In this document: positions 40,901-52,291 of the stretch, one piece after another | Layout of the letters: each line of letters starts with the position of its first letter | How positions within the stretch are numbered: position 1 is the stretch's first letter | Origin: Epithemia pelagica | Taxonomy: Eukaryota > Protista > Bacillariophyta | Assembly (NCBI GenBank): GCA_946965045.2 | Contig: OX337237.1 | Coordinates: forward strand, 744,001-808,000 | Reading direction: 5' to 3' | Length of the DNA: 64,000 bases | Notes under the pieces: model-generated | Databases searched by the model: none | What the model was told of the DNA's origin: nothing | The model's input: the letters and a program-made list of their open reading frames with translations, nothing else | Made by a program: the position numbers and the translations under genes

Positions 40901-42087
40901 TCGGAGGCAACCGTCGTTTCGTCCATGTTGACTGGATTACTTGGCGGATTTGTTGACTTAGGAGGATCATCCTCTACTGTGGTGTTGGTGGATGAAGGGA
41001 AGGGGGGTACTAGATCGACTGAAGCTGGTTCTGGAGCTTGTTCAGCAATCTCGGGAAGAGTTTTGTCCTTGTCCAAGTCTCTGACATTCTCAGTTGGGGC
41101 AGGTAATTGCTTGTCACGCTTGGCTCGTCGGATTTTGGTCCGTTTGATAGGCTCGGGTTCTTCAATAGGCTGGCAAAATAATTCAGCCGGAGGCGGTTCG
41201 GGTGCGTATTGAGAATTCTTGTGTCGGAAGGTTGGGCTCCACATGTTGGTGTGTTCTGCTGTGCATTTATAGCGGCCGCCGACGATGGTCCGATTAATAT
41301 AATGGCCAGGCCGTGAACCCTGTTCTCGATCAGCCTTGTCGCAGTTGTTACAAAAGAAGTAACCCCTGTGTGCCTGTTCTCGGTCGCGACCGTAAACCAA
41401 GCACGGTACAAATTCTGATTTAAGGAACGTCTTACAGATTTCTGCAATTCTTTTTCGCTCTACAGAGTTGGATTCGCATGGAACTTCAGATGCACGTCTT
41501 CGTGCTTGAGTTTGCATGTTTGGCGACGCTTGAAGTTATAAATCTCTCTCGATCTGTTGGATTTCTTCGGGAGATGGTTGGCGACAACCGTCGGGTTCGT
41601 CACTGGTTGAAGTGGAGCTGGCAGTCTGGCAAAGCTGACAGGGTGCTTCGTCAGTCAACTGTTTTGCAGGACTGGTTACTGGATGATGGTCTTCATTATT
41701 GGGCGACTCTTGGAGATCGACAACGCCATCAATCTGCGAATTTTCTTCTTGAGATGATGGACGAAGTCCATTTGGTTCAACACTTGTTGGGGCCAATCCG
41801 GCAATTCGGCAAGATTTGCGAGATGGTTCTGCAATCGGAGGGTTAAGCGATGCTTTGGGAACAATGTCTCTCCCAATCTGCTGACGGTTTTCTTGAGGTA
41901 ATGGGCAAGGTCCATCGAATTCGACACTTGTTGCTGCCAGTCCGGCAATCCGGCGAGATTTTCGAGATGGTTCTGCAACCGGAGGGACTTCTGAAGTGTG
42001 ATGGGCCTGGTTTGGGCGCTTCTTCGATGCACGGGTAGGCATAGTGTATGTAAGATGAGATAAAGCCGCTGTTATTGTGAAATACAA
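37911..42087 (-). pseudogene. RAG1/Transib-like transposase B, duplicate; TAA at 41536-41538; exons to 38496 and 38432-38197
   Basis: AAA to TAA substitution after codon 183. A downstream ATG at 41517 would still give a protein with the whole catalytic core. Right TIR at 42568-42585. Confidence 0.8.
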
Positions 42088-43227
42088 GTCGTTATCTCAT
42101 GGGCATACCTCCAGGGTCCATGTTGGAGGGAGGTTGGTCGGCAGGTGGTAGATGAGATCAAAGCACGATTAATAGGCGACTACTATGTTATATATCATAC
42201 AACGCTGGATATATTTTATACTCAAGACTGGGGTGGCGCGCATTGGGCTAGGGGAGGGGCCTGGAAAACCAATGAATGAACAAGGCCGCTGTATTGTCGT
42301 CCGTATAACTTTGCGAATATTTGCTACTTTTGTCAAGTAAGTATACCGTTGGATTCTTGAGACAAAAAGGAATCAGATGCAAGTGTTACCTGACAATTGT
42401 AGCCATTAATGGGTGAGTGGTAGTGCGTTGAAAATGGGTCAGTCTTTTGAGGCCAAAAATTGGGTCTTATATTTAACAAAAATTCATCCATACAATACTC
42501 CAGAGTGACAGAAGCGTTTCTGGTCTGTCTGTTGTACGTAGTTTCGTCATCCCGCGCGCACTATATATTAGGGGTGCTCGTATTGTATTGAATCTCTGTC
42601 TGTGAATGTTGGTGTCAACGTCCAGTGATCTTCCGTGTAGTTGAGGGAAGGAGCCATTTTTCATTTTTCAGAGCTACCTAAACTACCTAAACTTCAAAAC
42701 CTAAGTTTCACCTAAACTTCTTTAGAAACTACGCTAAAAATCTGAGTACCTAAGTTTGATAGCCCTATTTGAGACGCCAATACGCGAACAGGCCTTTCGC
42801 CGTTCGCCGGGTCATTTCCATTCGTTCCATTCCATTCCTTGGCACCAAACGTGTGAAGGCATCACTGTAGATCAATCAGTACGATTGGGTGGCGATGGTG
42901 CGTTCTGATTCGTTACCATGTGTGTTTCACTGTTCGCGCGCCATCCGGTCGCCACTGGGCCATGTTTTTGCGTTATTTGTTATGACGATGCCAAACCCAC
43001 ATTGGCCGGACGACGCCACCATGTTGCTCTGCTTGTTTCGTTCTCTTCTTTCCCACACCATCACAACACACAACAATAACGCATAGCACACTACAAAAGC
43101 AACGTTTAGAATACTCGTAGCAATTTGAGTGAGTCAAGCTTGACTCATCGTTCTGAAACGTTTGCTGCATGCAAAAGTAGGCACTAAAACTATCTTTCCC
43201 AAACACACTGGCCGGCCATGTCTCTAC

Positions 43228-43731
43228 CTACAAACACGGAGCGATGGATCCTACCAGTTCCATTCTAGTCACGACAATGGCATTCACCTCACCCATCAGG
43301 CAAGGAATCGAGTAAGTGTCCCAGGTCGTTTCCAATGCTTGTTCCGCCCAGCACTGTATTTTGGAGTGGCGGACGAGTCTATCACGTTTGGCATGACGGT
43401 TCAACCTGTGTTCCTCTGTCATTTTGCGTCCCTCTTGCATTCTTTGTGGGGTCTTATCGACTCCTTTTTTCATGTGCATGCCTTTCCTTGACACTGCAAC
43501 AGAACTCTCTCTATAGATCAAGTCCAATACACTGCAAATGTGACCATTCTTAAGGAATGCCTGTGCAACCCTTCCAATATACTCGTATTGGTGGACATAG
43601 TACGTTTCCAAGCGTAGCTGCTGTTGGATGCTGTGCTCCTCTCTAGTAGTCATTGGACTGTATTTTTGCATGGAATGAGAATATCCAAGGATCCATTCGT
43701 ACTGCCTACTATAGAATGAAGGGAGGTTCAT
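43228..43731 (-). CDS. Hypothetical protein, duplicate of 20833-21336
   Basis: ORF track plus near identity. Confidence 0.3.
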   Translation of the reverse strand: MNLPSFYSRQYEWILGYSHSMQKYSPMTTREEHSIQQQLRLETYYVHQYEYIGRVAQAFLKNGHICSVLDLIYRESSVAVSRKGMHMKKGVDKTPQRMQEGRKMTEEHRLNRHAKRDRLVRHSKIQCWAEQALETTWDTYSIPCLMGEVNAIVVTRMELVGSIAPCL

Positions 43732-44038
43732 CTCCCTGTGTTTGCCGCGTCATGCGAGAGAGAGACCCTAGAGACTGTCATTGGTCGGGGGAAAGTTCAT
43801 TCGGGGCAACCCCCTTCCCACTGCCAACAAAAGACTATGGTCCATCGAAACCCTCTCATTGCTTATATAGTAGTATGACACGCACACCGTATTACTCTAA
43901 AACTAGTCGTTTGGCCCTCTTGTTTTCGTTTGATTCGTCCTCCGTTTCTTGTGGGAGTACAGTGGTAGTGTGTGTTTCTTGTTGTTGTTGTTGCGGCTGC
44001 TGTTGTTGTCGTTCTTGCTGTTGTGGTAGTTCTTATTC

Positions 44039-45482
44039 TTATCCCCGGGGCGTGGCAAAGCCATATTCGGTATTGTCAAAGGGTTCCGGCAAGGGTTGTT
44101 TGACCAAGCCTTCGGCCTGTTCCTTGATGGACGCAAACATCTGTGGTTCGCCATTCGTGACCAAACCATAAAGACAGCGACACCCAAAACACCACATTCC
44201 GATCCATGCACACACACACACACACACGTGTGAGCAAACGTTTGTTCCAAAGACTCCTAGATCCAGAGCATCGATCAATTCCAACACGAGCCAGTAGACT
44301 CCAAACGCACACAAACACACAAACCCCTGCTGGCACACTCTATAGAGCCACACACACATACAGACACAGACAAACAAGACTGATTCGACGTACCGGATGG
44401 GTAAAGTATCGTTCTCCAAAACTGGGAATGATACAGACGGCCGTTTTCTGAGCCGATTCCGGTCGTTGACAGACTTGGAGGGCGGCCGCGACAATGGCAC
44501 CGGAACTCACACCCACGGGCAAGCCCGTCATCCACAATTCATTGGTCGTGGCCATGGCCGTGTCGGACGAAATGGGGACAACCTCATCCAACAAGTTCAA
44601 GTCCAAGACGGGCGGCACCAATCCGGCCCCCATGCCTTGAATCTTGTGCGGACCTTGGGGACCAATCTTGTCGCCGCCCTTGGCGGCCGTAATCAACATT
44701 TGTTCTTGTGGTTCGACGGCGACGGTAACCAAGTTGGGATTGAGGGGCGGACAATTGTGTTTGGTGGAACCTTTAATGTATTGGGACACGCCCGTGACGG
44801 TGCCACCGGTACCCACACCCGACACCAACACGTCAATGGTTCCATCCGTATCCCGCCAAATTTCGGGACCCGTCGTTTCGCGATGAATTTTGGGATTGGC
44901 GGGATTTTCAAATTGTTGCAACATGAATCCCTGCTTGCCGTCACGGTCCAAGTCGGCCAAAATTTCATGCGCCTTGGCCAAGGCACCGGGGACGGCCGTT
45001 TCCTTGGGCGTCAAGACCACTTGACAGCCCAACGCCAACAACATCATGCGTCGTTCGACCGACATGGTTTCCGGCATGGTCAAGATGCAATCGTAGCCCC
45101 GTTCGCGGGCAATAAAGGCCAAGGCAATGCCCGTATTGCCCGACGTGGGTTCCACCAAGGTTGTTTGACCGGGCGTAATCAAGCCATCGGCTTCGGCTTG
45201 ATCAATCATGCTGCGACCCAACCGATCCTTGACGGAACTACAGGGACCCAAGGATTCCATCTTGCCATAGAGTTTGCATCCCTCGGCCAAGGGATGAGAG
45301 GCTTGCAACATGGTTCCCAAATCCAACAAGGGAGTATTGCCCACCAAATCCGAGGGACGCGATGCCACATGCAGCAACCGTTGGCAGCTGGTCGTCGTCG
45401 TGGCGGCGGCGGCCAAGGATGTGCCACGCCATACGGACTTCTTGGCGGAGGAGGACACTGCGGAAATCACCAATCGATTCAT
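44039..45482 (-). CDS. cysK: Cysteine synthase CysK1 copy b; exons 45482-44394 and 44140-44039
   Basis: Same motifs and intron as 21644-23109, with patches of higher divergence. Confidence 0.95.
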
Positions 45483-45879
45483 TCTGTTGTGTACGGTAGA
45501 GAGACGTATGCTTTTGTGAGTGTCTGCTCAAAAGAGTGGAGAGACTAGAAGCTGCTGTTTTCAAGGAAGCAAAAAAAGGATTCGAAACCCAAGATCCAAT
45601 CTTTCTTACAGTAACGACAGAGTTGTGTGGATCGAACTTACTGTCGTTGTCGTCGTTGTCGTCTCGTGTCAAAACAGCGTGGGCAACTTTATATTTTTTT
45701 CTTCAAGACCCATAAAAGATACACCCAAAAAGATACGCATGTGCGAGTGCAGAGAATGAGCTGTCTGTCTGTGCTTCCCCTTCTATATGCGACCACAATG
45801 CGCAGAGTACATCAAATCCCATAGTACAAAAGTCATGGCCGCAGACCACACACGACCACCACTTGGTTGTGGCTGCCCA

Positions 45880-46903
45880 AAAAGCAGCCACCACACACAC
45901 ACAAGTGTTTCTCTTGAGCGGCCGCTGAGAACGAGATGGAGCACTGCGACTCTCTCGCAACATGTGAGCGCCGCCCCACTCTTTCAACGAAACGAGAGCT
46001 AGGGATCGGATGAGAGTAAGAACCTCCAACAAAATCAAGACAAGAGGAGTGTAGCAAGCAAGATAACACGAGTCTCAACGACGACGACAAGCTCCAGGAA
46101 CAAGATGAATCTCGCCAAGCAAAAGCTTTTCCAAGAGATAAAAATCTCGAGGATAAAACGCTCGAGGAAAAGGATACAACACTCGAGGAAACGAATCAGA
46201 GGTTCGAGAAGGAGCTCAATGGATTTAGGTGTAGTTTTGCACCACCCAGGCCATGGCCAAAACTTTTTCTCTACAAAAGCAAGCAACGGGACGGACCAAC
46301 ACTATTGAAGCTCTTCTTGGCCGCTCCGGCATGGTTTCTGGTAAAGAGATCCAGAATGGCCAAGAAGGGGTTCAATATCGTTGGCCCCCAAAGTTGGGTT
46401 GCATGTATGTGCTGGATATAAACTGCTGGACGATGGCCAAGTATTGGAAGTCAATTGGGAAAGGGAAATTTTTGGTGGAAACAAGAACCGTAATCATTGT
46501 TCACAAGAGGTTCGAATGGAAGCAATCTGTAAAAGTTTGTCAGGACGGACCTTTTTGGTCCAAACAGTTGAATCGAGAACGCTGCTGAGAGTTGGCCACC
46601 CGATCGAAACAGATTTTGGCGCAGGATGGAGAGCCTTCCTGGATGCTCTACTCGGTCCATTGGAGAGAGCCGGAATATAAGTTTGAGGACCTGCCGAAAA
46701 TTGCGGGTGGAGGAATTCAGTGGTGGATGCCCTCCCAAGTCCCCGTACAAAACAGGTCCGGAACGAATGTCATTGGGACAAACACGGCCGACGACCAATG
46801 GTTGAGCCTGTTCTGGAATCACTGTGGTTCTTGAAAGTTTTCGGCAAAACTACCTCAAGAGAACATTATTTTGATCTATTCTGACACAACTCTGCAAGAA
46901 TGA
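45880..46903 (+). pseudogene. Decayed paralog of the 330-aa coiled-coil gene
   Basis: Recognisable segments (AAENEMEHCDSL, HPGHGQN, YRWPP, KRFEWKQ) broken by frameshifts. Confidence 0.7.
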
Positions 46904-46949
46904 AGACTGCCCACCCCAAGACGACAAAGGATTCAGCCGTTCATACGGA

Positions 46950-47255
46950 TGGATTTTATAGCTGAAGGTGGCCGATTGGAGGGAACCGGTGACTTGTGTT
47001 GCGACATTTTGACACTCTGTTAACACATTGAGAATCGACCGGTCCTGAAATTGGGAGAGAGATACGGCTGTGAAACCATAATATTTTTGTGGCTGGCATT
47101 GATACGGGTGGAACCCTGGCCGGTGTCACACAAGAATCCGGAGTTGCAAGCCATTGCCATGGAACCTTGGGAACAACTACAAGCCAATCGGAGGAGAACT
47201 CTTGCAATAGAGATTGGTCCTCATTTCATTCAAGGCATGGGAGCCGGTGTGATTC
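46950..47255 (+). pseudogene. CysK2-type fragment
   Basis: TGPEIG, LAGIDTGGTLAGVTQ, KNPELQAIAMEP and IGPHFIQGMGAG remnants with deletions. Confidence 0.75.
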
Positions 47256-47349
47256 TTTTGGATTATATGATTACACACAAGACATTTTACAATTTCTGTG
47301 ATTGTTCTGTCGCTTTTTTTTAAGAACGTAACTTTGACGTCGCCGCCAA

Positions 47350-48895
47350 GACTCTTGCCCCGACCACGACCACTCCTTTCGCTGCCAAGCAGCAAACACC
47401 TCTTCAGCGGCCGCGAACGAGATCGAGCGCTGCGAGTCTCTTGCAAGATGTGAGCGGCTCACTCTTTTCAAGAGACTGAAGCAAGTGATGAATGAGAGGA
47501 AGAACCTCCCGGAAGAAATTTTGGAGCTCCGGCAAGACAAGAGGAGTAGCAAGCAAGATAACACGAGTCTCAACGACATTCTCAAAGGAAAGGATAGATC
47601 TCGCGAAGCTGAGAGGAAGAAGCTTTTCCAACTGATTAAGAATAGCAAGAAAAATGATAAAACTCTCGACGAATGGGCCAATAGTCTCGAGAACGAGCTC
47701 AATGGGATTAAGTGTGGTTCTGCACCTGCAACCGCCCAGGCCATGGCCGAAACTTGAATCTACAAGCAAGCGAAGGGATCATCGATACTGGAGCTCTTCC
47801 TGGCCATTCTGGAATAGAGATCGATCCAGGATGGCCAAGAAGGGTTTCAATATCGTTGGCCCCAAGCTGGGTTGCATGTGCATGTATGTGCTTGAGAAAC
47901 TGCTGGACGATGGCAGAGTATATTGAATGTCAATTGGGAAAAGGAAGTTTTTGGTGGAAAGAAGAACCATAATCATTATTCACAAGAGGTTCGAATGGAA
48001 GCTTTCTGTGAAATTTTGTCGGGACGGACCTTTTGGTCAAAACAGTCCCATCGAGCACGCTGCGGAGAGTTGGCCACCCGATCGAAACAGCTTGTGGCGC
48101 ACGATGGAGCCTTCCTTGATGTTCTACTTGGCCCATTGGAGAGGGCCAGAATAAGATGGACGACCTGCAAAAAGTTGCCGGTGTATGAATTCAGTTGTGG
48201 GTGCCCGTGAAAGTCCCCGTCCAACAGGTCCCCAAAGGATATATTATTCTGAAAAGGAGCAAACTATTCTGAAAAGAATTAAACTCTCGAGGAAAAGAAT
48301 AAGAGGTTCGAAAAAGAGCTCCATGAAATTTTGTGTGGTTTTGCACCTGCCACCACCCAGGCCATGGCCGAAACAAGCGAGGGGGCCAACGATATTGAAA
48401 CCCTTGTTGGCCATTCTGAATCTCTATTTCTGGCATGATTTCTGGGATAGAGATCCAGAATGGCCAAGAAGGGTTTCAATATATTTGGTCCCCTAAGTTG
48501 GGTTGCTTTTGTGCTTGATATAAACTGCTGAACGATGGCCCGGTATTGGAAGTCAATTGGGAAAAGAAAGTTTTTGGTGGAAAGATGAACCGTGATCATT
48601 ATTCACAAGAGGTTCGAATGGAAGCTTTCTGAGCAATTTTGTCAGGACGGACCTTTTTTGTTGTCAAAACAGTTCCATCGAGCACGCTGCGGAGAGTTGG
48701 CCACCCGATCGAAACAGATTGTGGCGCACGATGGAGCCTTCCTTGATGTTCTTCTCGGTCCATTGGAGAGAGCCAGAAAAAGATGGACGACCTGCAAAAA
48801 GTTGCCGGTGTATGAATTCAGTTGTGGGTGCCAGTGAAAGTCCCCGTCCAACAGGTCCCCAAAGGATATATTATTCTGAAAAGGAGCAAACACGG
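47350..48895 (+). pseudogene. Two further decayed paralogs of the coiled-coil gene (~47350-48260 and ~48270-48895)
   Basis: Repeated CACAAGAGGTTCGAATGGAAGC, GAGTTGGCCACCCGATCGAAACAG and AAGTCCCCGTCCAACAGGTCCCCAAAGG blocks; short frameshifted ORFs. Confidence 0.7.
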
Positions 48896-49102
48896 AGACA
48901 AATGATTTAGCATGTTCTTGGTGATTCAAGAACAACAAGGTCAACCATTTGTGACTTCGTGTTTGCTCCTTTCCAGAATCACACATCCTTTAGGGACCTG
49001 TTGGACGGGGATTTGGGAGGCACACGCGAACGGCACTCTCAGAAAGGCAATGTCTCCACATTTTTGTCTTTGTCGCGTGTTCTTGTTTTGTGACAAGTAC
49101 AG

Positions 49103-49204
49103 ATGTTTTCTCGTGTCAAGGCACAAGCGGAAGAATTGAGCAAGGAGCCCTTGCCACAACCCTACGACAATCGAGCGTATGGATTTCATATGGCCCGAGG
49201 GTAA
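49103..49204 (+). pseudogene. Orphan last exon of a CysK2-type gene with its 3' flank
   Basis: CAG acceptor, then MFSRVKAQAEELSKEPLPQPYDNRAYGFHMARG-stop; exon 1 is missing. Confidence 0.8.
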
Positions 49205-49876
49205 GAAGAAGATTTGGAGTAGGTAGATTCATTTCTTTTTGCGAGACGACGAGCGTGTGTGTGTGTGTGTGTGTGTCTGGTCTCTATGTTTTTCTGTGTA
49301 CCGGAACGCACATGTATCACCACCACCACTAATAGACTGTGCAATATAGTGGGACTGGTAAAGGGTCCATTGATCTAATCGCTTGCGATATTTTGAATTC
49401 TCTTTTTGGTTTCGTTTCGACTGGACCATTCGCCAAGCCATTGAAAAGTGGTGGTGCCATTTTTTAAACGGGACGAGATGATGATCTACCGGAGACTCTT
49501 TTCTCGATGTGTTTCGAATGGTGTTCACTTGCACCTTTGGTGCAATGGTTCTTCTCCTCCGAGTTGCCCTCCGGTAGTTGTCGTGCTTCTGCTAAGCTGC
49601 TAAACTATTGTTAGAGTGTAAGGCGTTACCCATTTACATGACCAAATAGACGGGGGCTGAAAACCTATAGTTGGGGGTGTCTGTTGAGGTTCCCTTATAG
49701 ATAGTCCCCCCCCCTCATTTTTTTCAAAGGACGACACCGAAATCGCCAATAGTTGGCACAAAGTCAGCAACATTCTCCATCACTCTCCGCCATTCCAGCA
49801 GTCCGAGACTACTCCACCACTCTCGCAGAACCATTCTCGGCGTAGAAGAATCGTATCCATCTTATATTATTCCGAA

Positions 49877-50869
49877 ATGTTCGGTCGATGGTTGGTGTTT
49901 GGGACAAATGTAGTACCTTTGGCGTCTGTTAGACGACTCATTGGTCCCCGCCGCCCACGACCACTCCGTTCGCTGCCAAGCAGGTGTTTCTCGGTTGCGG
50001 CCGAGAATGAGATTGAGCCGTGCGACTCTCTCGCCAGATGTGAGAGACCCACGCTTTCCAAGAAAGTGGAGCTACTGATGGATGAGATTCAGACCCTCAA
50101 CAAGAAGCTCGTGCAACAGGAGAAGAAGCTCGTGCAACAGGAGAAGAACCTCAACGACAAGCTCATGGAACAGGACAACAAGCTCATGGAACAGGACAAC
50201 AAGCTCAATGGAATTAGGTGTGCTTTGGCTCCTGTTACCACCCAGGCCATGGCCGAAGCTTGTATCTACAAGCAAGCAAAGGGACTCAGTTCCCGTTTTG
50301 TGTCACCTCAAAGCAAAACGTTCAAGAAAGACCAAGAAGGGCTACAATACCGTTGGTCCCAAGTTGGATTGGATGTGCTTCATAAACTTCTTGACAATAG
50401 CCAAGACTTGAACGTGAAATGGAAAAGGGCGATTTTTGGTGGAAACACAAACCAAAACTATTTTTCACAAGAGCTTCGAATGGAAGCCATCTGTGCCATT
50501 TTGTTGGGACTAACTTTTTTTGTCAAAACAGTCCCATCGAGCACGCTGCTGAGTTGGCCGCCCGATCGAAACAGATTGGCGCAGGATGGCGTCTTTCTGG
50601 ATGCTCTTCTCGGTCCATTTGAGAGCGAGAATGAGATGGACGACCTGCAGGAAATTGCTGGTGTAATCCAGTCGTGGGTGCCCTCCAAAGTCCCTGTCCA
50701 ACAGGTCCCGAAAGGATGTGATTATGGACAGGAGCAAACACGAAGGCAAGTTGTTGAGCCTGTTCTTGAATCACTGGTTCTTGAGCTTGAGGCAAAATTG
50801 CCTCAAGGTTCGATAGGTAGTTTGCAGGCAACGAAGCAGTCTGTTCTTAAAGAACTCTGCAAGAAGTAA
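49877..50869 (+). CDS. Hypothetical 330-aa protein with transit-peptide-like N-terminus and heptad-repeat coiled coil
   Basis: Only intact member of a four-copy local family. Arg/Ser-rich N-terminus; 21-bp repeats encoding KKLVQQE x2 and NKLMEQD-type units. Confidence 0.7.
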   Translation: MFGRWLVFGTNVVPLASVRRLIGPRRPRPLRSLPSRCFSVAAENEIEPCDSLARCERPTLSKKVELLMDEIQTLNKKLVQQEKKLVQQEKNLNDKLMEQDNKLMEQDNKLNGIRCALAPVTTQAMAEACIYKQAKGLSSRFVSPQSKTFKKDQEGLQYRWSQVGLDVLHKLLDNSQDLNVKWKRAIFGGNTNQNYFSQELRMEAICAILLGLTFFVKTVPSSTLLSWPPDRNRLAQDGVFLDALLGPFESENEMDDLQEIAGVIQSWVPSKVPVQQVPKGCDYGQEQTRRQVVEPVLESLVLELEAKLPQGSIGSLQATKQSVLKELCKK

Positions 50870-50959
50870 GACCACGTTGCTCCGAATGCCGCAACTTGGA
50901 GTCTACGAAACACCGACGATTCATTGGAGGAATTTGCTTCCACGGATTCAAAAAAGAAT

Positions 50960-51195
50960 TCAGTCGTGACGAATGGATTGTTTCCGACGAGCCTCCACAA
51001 CTTGGAACGAACTCTTGGGACTTATGTGGGGTCGGACTTGGATACGGCGGATGTACTGGTGGTTGATTTTGGAAGAGAACTTGTAACTGGTTGCGACAAT
51101 TGGACAATCCAGCCAATACGAAAGCCCATCGAGCCTTGAATTGGAATGGATATACCGGTGTCACACAATACAGTAAAGGCTCAGCCCAACACGAC
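50960..51195 (+). pseudogene. CysK2-type fragment with 3' flank homology to ~51560
   Basis: RQLDNPANTKAHR and TGVTQYSKGSAQHD remnants. The downstream sequence matches 49320-49700 and the reverse complement of 23580-23820. Confidence 0.65.
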
Positions 51196-52291
51196 CACTA
51201 TACTAAACCGTGTAATATAGTAGGCCTAGCAAAGGGTCCCTTGATCTACCTAATCGCTAGCTATTTGGAATTCTCTTTTTGGTTTCGTTTTGACGGGACC
51301 ATTCTCCGTGGATTGCGAAACAATTGAAAAGGCGTGGTGCCATTCGTAAATGGGACGAGCGGATGATCTACCGGAAACTCTTCTTTTCTCAATGTGGCGT
51401 TCCTGTGCACCTTTGGTGTAATGAGTCTTCTCCTCCGAGTTGCCATTCGGTGGACAGTCGACCCATTGTCGTGCTTGCGAAACTACGTACAGATGTGACG
51501 TATAAAAACACGGGGGAGGCTGAAAACCTCTATATTTGGGGGTGTCCGTTGAGGTTTCCCTCATTTTCCATTTTCGTACCCAAACCATCCACCATGATGC
51601 TAGTCTCCGTGTGGTTTGACTGCGCCTCATCTGCTCAATCTATATCCTTTTGTGGCGGTTCAACTCGGATGCCTTCGCTATTCAGTATGACAATCTGTTC
51701 TTGCCATTTCAGCGAAAGGAGAGAGGCAGACGACACAGACAGTGCTCGATGCCTCCCGCCTGAACACTGATTGGCATTCTAACCACCAGAGAGACTGAAT
51801 CCAAAGGCACACAAACCTGCGGACTCTGTTTTTTAAATTCTTCTGGAAGAAGTTGTATGAAAGGAAGCGAGGCAAGAGGCGGTAGATGATACAGCTCCTT
51901 TTGGGGGTTGTGTTTCCTTCCGCAACCGAAAAAAGGGCCACCCGATGCTAGAGAACACTCAAGAACCGCTGGATCCGGAAGTGCCAAAGCAAAAAGAACA
52001 ACAAAAAAAGCATTGGACCATACCATGAAAAAATCCCAACGACAATCGCATAGAGGACTACCAACATGGTCACCAGGTTGAAAGAGGATTCTTCTTTTCT
52101 ATGGGGAAGCAGGACGTCAGTTCCTTCGTGATGATATGGAGTATCTCTCTATCTTGGTTTTCTTTCTAATTGTTCTCATCTACATGGAACATCTTGATAC
52201 AAACCTGCAATGAGGAAACATCCTCTTATCATAAAATCCAAAATCATTCAACTTACCACCAAAAACAACAACGACAACATTCTTTGCCACC

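Larger units (their letters stand above)
29448..45740 (+). repeat. Second copy of a tandem segmental duplication (first copy 1-~23370)
   Basis: Collinear near-identity (953 to 30400, 7046 to 36484, 12614 to 42087, 23109 to 45482). Copy 2 lacks the 238-bp MITE and the hAT element. Confidence 0.95.
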
